Part shown: positions 1 through 6,032 of the stretch, one piece after another
Layout: the number at the start of each line of letters is the position of its first letter
Position numbering within the stretch: the stretch's first letter is position 1
DNA from: a virus
Lineage: Duplodnaviria; Heunggongvirae; Uroviricota; Caudoviricetes; Demerecviridae
Length of the DNA stretch: 27,551 nt
Reading direction: 5' to 3' (one strand)
IMG/VR virus record: IMGVR_UViG_3300042566_001359
Notes under the pieces: generated by a model
The model's input: only the letters and a program-made list of their open reading frames with translations
What the model was told of the DNA's origin: nothing
The model's database searches: none
Program-made: the position numbers and the translations under genes

Positions 1-37
1 AAAAATCATAAACTATCTCCTAGCTAAAATTTACACC

Positions 38-66
38 TTGTTTTTTCGAAAAAAGTGTGCTATAAT
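38..66 (+). promoter_or_regulatory. sigma70-type promoter upstream of the D2-like gene
   Basis: TTGTTT(38-43)-17 bp-TATAAT(61-66) with TGn extended -10 (TGC-TATAAT). Confidence 0.55.
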
Positions 67-364
67 ATTAGTAATTGAAGAAACAGAGTACTAGGGCAGG
101 AGTTAGTAACAGTAACACCGAGGAAGTTGGAAAGTCTATAGATCTTTCCAATCTTCCACGGTTATGTAAACTGTGTAAACTAACTCCGCTGCCCTACAAA
201 CTGCCAAAATGGCCACAAGTATTTTTAACTTTTATTAACCCATTATTGTGGTTGGAGTGGGTGCGATAACAAAAGCAATCGCCCCACCTCGACCGCTTTC
301 ATACTCTAGAACTAATCTTCTAGACCCACAACTGATCCACTTTAGGGTCAATTCACGTTAGATT

Positions 365-1378
365 ATGAACGATATTAAACTACTAGACTTTCCAGGCTTA
401 GCCAGAGACTTTCAACAAACCTACACTCAACTACGAGACGAACGATTACGGCTAGCCCAGGCTGTTGCAGAACGCCGCTATCGACAACAGTATAACCAAT
501 TGGTCCAGCAATTTTCAGGTTACGATTCGGAAGCAGGTAGTGACGGCATTGAAGAATCGGTTCGAGAATCACTGGGCGAGTTCGACCCACAAGCGGTTCA
601 ACTGCCAGAATCGGTATTACGTGAGTGTAAACACACGGCTAAGAGTAGTGTGGTTGAAGCTTGGAGTCTTAAAAACTCCCTTCCACAAAAGCTAACTTGG
701 CTGCCGCATCAGCTGTTAGCATACTTTGGCACTTGGCAGGCTGTTCGTGACGACACAGGCAAGTATAGTGCCACACTAACCTGGGATGCCAACACCAGGG
801 CTCGCGGCGACTACTACGCCTTAGGGTCGGCATTGCTGGCTACCTCCACTCGCACAAATTTTTTCAAGGATGCGCCTAAGGGTAATCAGCAGTACAAAAG
901 TGTAATCAACCCACTTGTACCAATTATCTTAGCAGGATTTAAAAAGTATCAAGGCATCAACTATTCAGATTGGAATCCAGTTGGTTTGGAAACTTTGCTA
1001 GACCCTGAATTGGCCAAGCTTGTAGGTGTTTCGGTGCCGGAACTTTCACACAGCGAATTAATTGCGCTACGCAACACTGCCCTTACAGACAAAGAAGGTG
1101 CACGAGCAGGTATCCCCAATAATCCAGCTACTTGCACCAAGCTCAATCACCTTGGTAATACGGCCATAGGTCACCTACCAAAACTTGCCAAATACATGGT
1201 ACTACAAACCTGGGCAGCACATCCCAGCAATCGTAATGAGTATATGATCTTAGACCCTAACAATTGGGATCACATTCCAGAGCCCCTGATCGGCAAAGAT
1301 ATTTTCTTGCCCAAACCACTTCAAGCCACACAACCCAGAATGGTTACCAGCTATTCGGAACTACCATGGGATGCTTGA
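365..1378 (+). CDS. T5 D2-like early protein, function unknown
   Basis: 337-aa ORF. The motifs VPIILAGFKKYQGINYSDW, LSHSELIALRN and LPKLAKYMVLQTWAAHPS resemble T5 D2 as recalled, and an A2/D3-family gene follows as in T5. Confidence 0.55.
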   Translation: MNDIKLLDFPGLARDFQQTYTQLRDERLRLAQAVAERRYRQQYNQLVQQFSGYDSEAGSDGIEESVRESLGEFDPQAVQLPESVLRECKHTAKSSVVEAWSLKNSLPQKLTWLPHQLLAYFGTWQAVRDDTGKYSATLTWDANTRARGDYYALGSALLATSTRTNFFKDAPKGNQQYKSVINPLVPIILAGFKKYQGINYSDWNPVGLETLLDPELAKLVGVSVPELSHSELIALRNTALTDKEGARAGIPNNPATCTKLNHLGNTAIGHLPKLAKYMVLQTWAAHPSNRNEYMILDPNNWDHIPEPLIGKDIFLPKPLQATQPRMVTSYSELPWDA

Positions 1379-1379
1379 A

Positions 1380-1691
1380 ATGAAATACACCAAAGAAATT
1401 TGTGACCACATGGTTCAAGCCTATAATTCAGGGGTTACGGTGCCACAGCTAGCACAGGAGCTGGACGTGCCCGAACGCAGCATAATTGCCAAGCTATCGA
1501 GCCTGGGAGTCTACCAGAAAAAGAGCTACTTAAACAAGCGTGGTGAAACGCCGGTGAAAAAGTCAGAGCACATCGAACGCATTGCCATACTCTTGAACAC
1601 CAACCTAGAATTGCTAGAATCATTAGAAAAAGTCAACAAAACTGTGCTGGTCATGATCGAACGCGCGCTCACCGACCCTAAACTGCCATAA
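1380..1691 (+). CDS. A2/D3-family DNA-binding protein (D3-like by position after D2)
   Basis: RSIIAKLSSLGVY and LESLEKVNKTVL align with the A2-like paralogues in this window. ATG 1380 sits 1 nt after the D2 stop; 1371 is an alternative start. Confidence 0.7.
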   Translation: MKYTKEICDHMVQAYNSGVTVPQLAQELDVPERSIIAKLSSLGVYQKKSYLNKRGETPVKKSEHIERIAILLNTNLELLESLEKVNKTVLVMIERALTDPKLP

Positions 1692-1727
1692 TTGCACACA
1701 ATCCGACTTAATTGACGCTACAAACGC

Positions 1728-1763
1728 AAAAGCCCCATTATCATGTGATATTGGGGCTTTTTT
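1728..1763 (+). terminator. intrinsic terminator after D2-D3
   Basis: AAAAGCCCCA-loop-TGGGGCTTTTTT. Confidence 0.8.
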
Positions 1764-1833
1764 GTTTGTGTAATTCTCATGTTCGAATTTGTCCCAAATT
1801 CGAACACGTTAGCTCTAAGTGTACGTTACTGCT

Positions 1834-1901
1834 GCACTTGTTGCAGCTTAGGGTCATACAACACCTAAAGAATCTTTAGCACTTGTTGCAGCTTAGGGTC
1901 A
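1834..1901. repeat. 23-bp exact direct repeat, two copies
   Basis: GCACTTGTTGCAGCTTAGGGTCA at 1834-1856 and 1879-1901, 22-bp spacer. Confidence 0.9.
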
Positions 1902-1921
1902 GTACTCACAAGAATCCACAC

Positions 1922-1958
1922 TTGACAACAAAGGTTCTGCACTGGTATAATTTGGCGC
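1922..1958 (+). promoter_or_regulatory. GGCGC-type + strand promoter, copy 1
   Basis: TTGACA(1922-27)-18-TATAAT(1946-51)-TTGGCGC, with TGn extension. Confidence 0.75.
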
Positions 1959-2007
1959 AGACCGCAACAGACTAGGTGTAAAAATGTCGAGCTGACCAAA
2001 ACACCCA

Positions 2008-2046
2008 AAACAAAAGCCCCAAGAGTAGCTAACTCTTGGGGCTTTT
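2008..2046. terminator. strong bidirectional intrinsic terminator
   Basis: 15-bp perfect arms AAAAGCCCCAAGAGT/ACTCTTGGGGCTTTT with a 5-nt loop. On the - strand it is followed by UUUUGUUUU. Confidence 0.85.
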
Positions 2047-2276
2047 GAACAATCACGAGTGCACTCGCTGTTAGTTTTTAGTCTCACACGACGACTTACT
2101 GGGGGTACCACCCACGCTAACTGCATCGACCCTAAACTGGAGCACGGTCGCAGGGCATTAGGTTATTGCCTGTGTAGCTCTAGCAGGGGAGAAAGTATTG
2201 GTTCGGCTCTTCAGCCCACCACACGGTTTACGACACTGGGCTTTGTCGACTGCTATAGATTAACGACTGTTGCAGT

Positions 2277-2406
2277 TCGGGGTCGGGTGCTACGGTTCCA
2301 GCGCATGCACCACTTTTAGCGACTCGGGGTCGGGTGCTCCAGTCGAAGCTTTTGCACCACTTTTAACGACTTAGGGTCGAGTGCTCAGTTTGCGATAAGC
2401 ACCACT
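2277..2406. repeat. 47-bp-period repeat: 32-bp hairpin-forming units with 13-15-bp variable spacers
   Basis: GCACCACTTTTARCGACTYRGGGTCGRGTGCT at 2307-2338 and 2354-2385; partial copies at 2277-2291 and 2399-2406. Confidence 0.85.
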
Positions 2407-2649
2407 CAGGGGCCATTTAACGACAATCCGTGTCGGGCCACATTAACGAGGGCCAAGCTCGGGTACGTAAGTGCACCAGGCTGCCAAGACCATTTTACGT
2501 CGGTACCAGATAAGACGGCAGTTTATATAGTAACTGCTCACTAGGCTTACTCATTTCCAGCTAATCACTTTCAGTGGTGGGTCCATCCGGTTTTCGCTTT
2601 CGCTACTAGGCTTCAAGAGTCAGTCACATCCCGGTTTCGCTGGGTTTTC

Positions 2650-2751
2650 ATCCTGACCCTAAGGTACGGCAAGCGGTGATGTGGGAAAATCACGCACACT
2701 TGCTGTGAGGCCTTAAGGTTTCGCACAACTTGCATGTGCTCATCAGAGGGT
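2650..2751 (-). ncRNA. candidate type I hammerhead ribozyme
   Basis: Minus strand: ACCCU-CUGAUGA-GCACA(UGCAAGU)UGUGC-GAA-ACCUUAAGG[46 nt]CCUUAGGGU-C/AGGAU. This gives an intact core, a G-C closed stem II, a 9-bp stem III, a GUC cleavage triplet and a short stem I. Confidence 0.65.
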
Positions 2752-2965
2752 TGGTATCGCATACGGGTAACGATCCCGTCTAGGTACCTTGAAAGGGTAC
2801 TGACCTCACCTGAAGTCGAATGCGATATGTTAAATTAGCCACGCAGGTATTTTACTACTTACCATACGGAACATCGTCCAGATATTACGGGCTAAAAAGG
2901 TTGGGCTGCGACTAGAGTTTGTTCGGTCGCAATCAAGTTGTTATCCCAGCATCGAGTGCTGAGCC

Positions 2966-3323
2966 TCATAACACCCATAAGTTAATCGGCCAACGTAATG
3001 GTCCACACTCAAATCGTAGATATAGGATGCGTAAGCTAAGTTTTCTGGCTTAAAGGTTGCTGCCTTTCCATACTTCGCCGCTTACTCCAACAGAGCCTAT
3101 CGCCGTAACAATTATAGTTGCGCTACTAGATTACTGCCACCAGCAAGTAGCTGGCCGATTAACTTATGGATTCATAACACCCATAATAAAGTACCCAGCA
3201 AATTCTTGCAGAGTTGCAGCATTCTACCACTTTCGCCGTCTCGGCCGAGACCTACCGGTGGGGTTAATCTGCATACATCTAACAAGCAAACCAGGCTAGC
3301 ACTGTCTGGGTACTTTATTATGG
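2966..3323. repeat. two adjacent 18-bp perfect inverted-repeat pairs plus a 15-bp direct repeat
   Basis: 2975-2992/3152-3169 (CCATAAGTTAATCGGCCA) and 3181-3198/3306-3323 (CCATAATAAAGTACCCAG). TCATAACACCCATAA at 2966-2980 and 3172-3186. Confidence 0.9.
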
Positions 3324-3411
3324 ACACTAAGGGCTGTGGCTCGGTTCCCGAAGGTATTCCCCACAATTAAGACGCTGCTTGACGCGACCGCTGTCACCCA
3401 ATCTATACTAT

Positions 3412-3441
3412 ATTATAACATACAACAGTTAACATAATCAA
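3412..3441 (-). promoter_or_regulatory. sigma70 promoter at the head of the ncRNA candidate
   Basis: Minus strand TTGATT-18-TATAAT with TGn extension; +1 about 3405. Confidence 0.7.
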
Positions 3442-3483
3442 GATAATATTTAGTAGCCTTGTTAACTGCTGTTGTCTTATCGC

Positions 3484-3525
3484 TTTCTAAGTATATATTA
3501 TATCAAACTCAATTAACAAAATCAA
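3484..3525 (-). promoter_or_regulatory. sigma70 promoter, no ATG ORF downstream
   Basis: TTGATT-17-TATAAT. The -10/leader GATATAATATATACTTAGAAA is identical to that of the 3679-3720 promoter. Confidence 0.7.
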
Positions 3526-3678
3526 CAAAAGAATTCCAATCGTTTCCTCAAGACTAGCTTCGCAGGTGTGTCGACGTACAGTGACTGGTTAGTGATTGCG
3601 GCTGCTGAGGCAGAACTGGCACCGGTTGATTAATCACACGGTATTCATTAAGCCATTCCCGACTGGGTTCTTTGTTAA

Positions 3679-3720
3679 TTTCTAAGTATATATTATATCG
3701 CGAAATGGGTCACAGATCAA
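3679..3720 (-). promoter_or_regulatory. sigma70 promoter, no ATG ORF downstream
   Basis: TTGATC-17-TATAAT, with the same 21-nt -10/leader as 3484-3504. Confidence 0.7.
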
Positions 3721-3743
3721 GTGTAGATTTTGTGACCCTAAAC

Positions 3744-4055
3744 TTAAGCAAGTTCTGCAACCAGACGCTCAAGCACTTCGTGGTTGGCCTTTTCCAGGCT
3801 TTCAAACACTTCTGGAGCAACGCCGCAGGCAAGTGCCAGCTTGTCCACCAGTTCGGCTTTACGCACACGGTGTTGGCCGGTGGCCTTGGTTTTGGCCACG
3901 TACACGCCTTCGCGGCTGAGTTTGGCCACTACACTGCGTACGGTTTTGCCCAGGGTCTCGGCCAGTTGTTCCACGGTCTTGCCCGACTGGTAGCCTGTGA
4001 CGAGTTCCACGGTTTGCTCGGGAGTGTAGTTTTGAGGGGTTGCTTTAGTCATCAT
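3744..4055 (-). CDS. A2-like pre-early DNA-binding protein, paralogue 1
   Basis: NYTPEQT...GKTVRSVVAKLSREGVYVAKT...ESLEKAN. RBS AAAGGA before ATGATG (4055/4052). The longer ORF from 4331 is upstream read-through. Confidence 0.8.
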   Translation of the reverse strand: MMTKATPQNYTPEQTVELVTGYQSGKTVEQLAETLGKTVRSVVAKLSREGVYVAKTKATGQHRVRKAELVDKLALACGVAPEVFESLEKANHEVLERLVAELA

Positions 4056-4092
4056 ATGTCCTTTGGTTGGTTTCTGCGCTGTTGAAGATTCT

Positions 4093-4121
4093 ATTATACG
4101 TGAATCAGAAGGGAACATCAA
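4093..4121 (-). promoter_or_regulatory. pre-early-type promoter
   Basis: TTGATG-17-TATAAT-AGAATCTTCAAC. The leader is shared with the promoter at 5594-5621. Confidence 0.75.
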
Positions 4122-4236
4122 GATCAAAATTTTCGTCTTGAGTGGTAGTATCACAAAACATTTCCGATAGTTCCGCATCCACAAATTCATCGAATGCCGC
4201 ATACTGATACGCTGTGAAAAATTCGTTTGTTGCCAT
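4105..4236 (-). CDS. 43-aa acidic microprotein ending in DLDVPF
   Basis: Hand-translated MATNEFFTAYQYAAFDEFVDAELSEMFCDTTTQDENFDLDVPF. RBS AGGAG and its own promoter TTGCAG-17-TATAAT (4264-4292). Confidence 0.7.
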   Translation of the reverse strand: MATNEFFTAYQYAAFDEFVDAELSEMFCDTTTQDENFDLDVPF

Positions 4237-4308
4237 CTGCCGTTATCTCCTGTTGATGTAATAATTATACAAAACTTGGACACTTGCTGCAATATCAAAA
4301 ATTTCGTC

Positions 4309-4345
4309 TTGACACTGTAAAGCTTTTGCACTTATAATTTGGCGC
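4309..4345 (+). promoter_or_regulatory. GGCGC-type + strand promoter, copy 2
   Basis: TTGACA(4309-14)-18-TATAAT(4333-38)-TTGGCGC, followed by degenerate TTTTGCACTT...TGGCGCA repeats to about 4430. Confidence 0.7.
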
Positions 4346-4450
4346 AGCAAACCCTCAAGTTTTTGCACTTGACCGCGCACTGGCGCAAGGCCCAAGGTTT
4401 TGCACTTGACAAGGTTTCGCACTGGCGCAGCACGGTTACCGTGCTGGTTA

Positions 4451-4550
4451 AATTGTGACCCAGCAGTCACAAACTAGACCGATCAGTCGCAATCTATACC
4501 GATCAGTCGGTGACCAGACTGTTCAGTCGGCATCTATACTGTGCAGTCAC
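4451..4550. repeat. five degenerate 20-bp tandem repeats (iteron-like)
   Basis: Units start at 4451, 4471, 4491, 4511 and 4531, with CAGTC at the same offset in each (e.g. AAACTAGACCGATCAGTCGC, AATCTATACCGATCAGTCGG). Confidence 0.8.
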
Positions 4551-4652
4551 AAAATGCCTGGTACAGTATAATTATGACCGGGCGGTTTCGGCGCAAGAAT
4601 CGTGCCAGGTGGCACAAAAACAACACCCAATTGTAACAGTTTGTAACAGTCG

Positions 4653-4740
4653 TTGACACGGGCCGCAAAATTGTGGTATAATTTTGGCGCAGTTTTGCAA
4701 ACAAAAGTATTCATTTTTGTTTGCAAACAAAAGTACTCAT
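4653..4740 (+). promoter_or_regulatory. GGCGC-type promoter plus GCAAAC hairpin, copy 3
   Basis: TTGACA(4653)-18-TATAAT(4677)-TTTGGCGC. Hairpin TTTGCAAACAAAA-GTATTCAT-TTTTGTTTGCAAA at 4694-4727. Confidence 0.8.
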
Positions 4741-4753
4741 TTGTGGACAAAAT

Positions 4754-4778
4754 AAAACCCGCATAATAGCGGGTTATT
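4754..4778. terminator. intrinsic terminator, mainly - strand
   Basis: AACCCGC-ATAATA-GCGGGTT immediately after the stop at 4780. Confidence 0.7.
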
Positions 4779-4779
4779 A

Positions 4780-5025
4780 TTAAATAAATGCGGATCTGGG
4801 GATTTTAACCAATTGATTGAGATAATCAATCTCCCATTCATAATGGGCGAATGTCTCATAATCATAATCACCAGTCATTGCCAGCAAATAATCGGCGGCA
4901 ATATTAATATAGTTTGGCCGAATTTTGGAGAATGGCAAACCATTATAATCGCTTGGATTAATATCTAATTGGCAAAATGTGAGAATCACGGGTTTATCGG
5001 CAAAACTTGGCAAATTGAAAAGCAT
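4780..5025 (-). CDS. hypothetical 81-aa protein (MLFNLPSF...)
   Basis: RBS GAGGA 8 nt before ATG 5025, directly after the stop of the 5027-5164 ORF. Confidence 0.65.
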   Translation of the reverse strand: MLFNLPSFADKPVILTFCQLDINPSDYNGLPFSKIRPNYINIAADYLLAMTGDYDYETFAHYEWEIDYLNQLVKIPRSAFI

Positions 5026-5026
5026 T

Positions 5027-5164
5027 TTATTGTTCCTCAGAAAAGTAAACCACACGGTTAACGGCCGGCACATTATCATAATCCTGATTTTCTAAACCAG
5101 CTTCTTCTAATGTGAGAAAATCGGTTAAATCTTCCCATTGCATTTGGTCAACCAAATCAAACAT
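5027..5164 (-). CDS. 45-aa acidic microprotein
   Basis: MFDLVDQMQWEDLTDFLTLEEAGLENQDYDNVPAVNRVVYFSEEQ; RBS AAGGA. Confidence 0.65.
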   Translation of the reverse strand: MFDLVDQMQWEDLTDFLTLEEAGLENQDYDNVPAVNRVVYFSEEQ

Positions 5165-5184
5165 TATATTCCTTTTGAAAAAAT

Positions 5185-5229
5185 CCTATTATATGGGATA
5201 ATCCCATATAATAGGGCTTTCGCCCTATT
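5185..5229. repeat. 31-bp palindrome overlapping a GAAA-loop terminator-like hairpin
   Basis: CCTATTATATGGGAT-A-ATCCCATATAATAGG (5185-5215) and AATAGGGC-TTTC-GCCCTATT (5210-5229), just after the stop at 5232. Confidence 0.85.
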
Positions 5230-5231
5230 AA

Positions 5232-5564
5232 TCAAATTGGCTTAGAATTAGCCAATGCTGAAAAAATCTTTTCCAACGCCGTTTTATTGGCTTTTGTAAG
5301 AGATTCGATCTCATTTTCAGTCAATTTGAGAATCGCGCCGATTGCATCAGCGTGAGCATCTTTTTTGACTACTGGAGCACCAGTTTTGGAAACGTAGGTT
5401 TTAGCCACGTAAACTTTTTCGCGTGACAGTTTAGCCACAACTGAACGAACGGTTTTGCCCATGCTTTCAGCAATTGATTCCACTGTGACACCAGCCGCAT
5501 AATCGGCCACCATTTTAGCGGTTTGCTCTGCGGTATAGTTGACCGCCTTAGTTGCTTTTTCCAT
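5232..5564 (-). CDS. A2-like pre-early DNA-binding protein, paralogue 2
   Basis: GKTVRSVVAKLSREKVYVAKTYVSKTG and ESLTKANKTAL. RBS AAAGGA; promoter TTGCAA-16-TATAAT at 5594-5621. Confidence 0.85.
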   Translation of the reverse strand: MEKATKAVNYTAEQTAKMVADYAAGVTVESIAESMGKTVRSVVAKLSREKVYVAKTYVSKTGAPVVKKDAHADAIGAILKLTENEIESLTKANKTALEKIFSALANSKPI

Positions 5565-5753
5565 TTTGATTTCCTTTCAGTGTTGAAGATTCTATTATAT
5601 CAGGTTTTTGGCTTTTTGCAAGAAAAAAGAAAATTTATTTTTCTTTTCTTGATCTGCTACCAAATCCGATCATTTGGTGGCATGAGTCTATTATACTGGG
5701 TTTTTGCCTAAAAAGTCAGGTGTGCGAAAATACAACATAGGTGGAAACCCCTA

Positions 5754-5861
5754 TTGACAACCTGAAAAATCCGTGGTATAATTTGGCGCCAACTATATAA
5801 GCATTTGCTTATATAAGCAAACACGCATGAATTTTTGGCGCCCACACCCAATTATACCACG
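5754..5861. promoter_or_regulatory. GGCGC-type promoter copy 4, TATATAAGCA palindrome and a facing - strand extended -10
   Basis: TTGACA(5754)-17-TATAAT(5777)-TTGGCGCC; palindrome at 5794-5815; CGTGGTATAATT (5772-83) inverted at 5850-61. Confidence 0.75.
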
Positions 5862-5912
5862 AAAATCCGTTGTTTTTTAATCCCCTACAAAAAATAAGTT
5901 ATACGAAAAAAC

Positions 5913-6004
5913 TTGACACGGGCCAAAATCATATGCTATAATTTTGGCGCAGTTTTGAAAACAAAAGTATTCATTTTTCAAAATGCAAACTTTTGTTTTC
6001 AAAA
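5913..6004 (+). promoter_or_regulatory. GGCGC-type promoter plus hairpin variant, copy 5
   Basis: TTGACA(5913)-18-TATAAT(5937)-TTTGGCGC. 16-bp inverted repeat TTTTGAAAACAAAAGT at 5953-68/5989-6004. Confidence 0.8.
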
Positions 6005-6008
6005 TGGC

Positions 6009-6030
6009 AAAAGCCCCACCTGGGGGCTTT
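6009..6030. terminator. bidirectional intrinsic terminator
   Basis: AAAAGCCCC-ACCTG-GGGGCTTTT, adjacent to the stop at 6033. Confidence 0.8.
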
Positions 6031-6032
6031 TA

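Larger units (their letters stand above)
2008..3405 (-). ncRNA. candidate large (about 1.4 kb) structured non-coding RNA
   Basis: No credible ORF. It lies between consensus - strand promoters (3412-3720) and the terminator at 2008-2046. It contains two 18-bp long-range stems, many local hairpins, UUCG/GAAA loops and a hammerhead core. Confidence 0.6.

Noticed and set aside
1781-1805. tRNA (GTTCGAAT T-loop-like)
   Set aside because: It is one arm of a simple inverted repeat; no cloverleaf or CCA. No tRNA, tmRNA or RNase P signature was recognised anywhere in the window.
2195-2220. Second hammerhead at CUGAAGAGCCGAAC (- strand)
   Set aside because: No room for stem II, GAAC instead of GAAA, and no matching NUH site.
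2277-2406. CRISPR array call for the 47-bp-period repeat
   Set aside because: Only two full repeats, spacers of 13-15 bp, and no cas genes in the window; kept as a repeat/ncRNA module.
2750-2780. Group II intron domain V (CCGUAUGCG)
   Set aside because: The complementary DV arm, GNRA loop and domain VI are absent, and there is no reverse transcriptase/maturase ORF.
1865-3366. Track ORFs in the non-coding region (1865-2056, 1899-2126, 2059-2319, 3057-3299, 3172-3366)
   Set aside because: Short, mutually overlapping, no RBS, atypical composition, and they run through repeats and stems.
3410-3690. Open frames starting ATA-TAC-TTA-GAA after the two twin promoters (27 and 45 codons)
   Set aside because: No AUG/GUG/UUG start or RBS, and no similarity after four codons; only ribosome profiling could rescue them.
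3672-4331. + strand ORFs 3672-4085 and 3784-3993, and the 195-aa extension to 4331
   Set aside because: Antisense shadows of the A2-like gene. The extension crosses two promoters and another gene, while a good RBS precedes 4055/4052.
4547-4750. ORFs containing MNTFVCK (4547-4750 and 8887-9072)
   Set aside because: They are translations of the repeated hairpin/promoter element with no RBS, and the sequences diverge outside the repeat.
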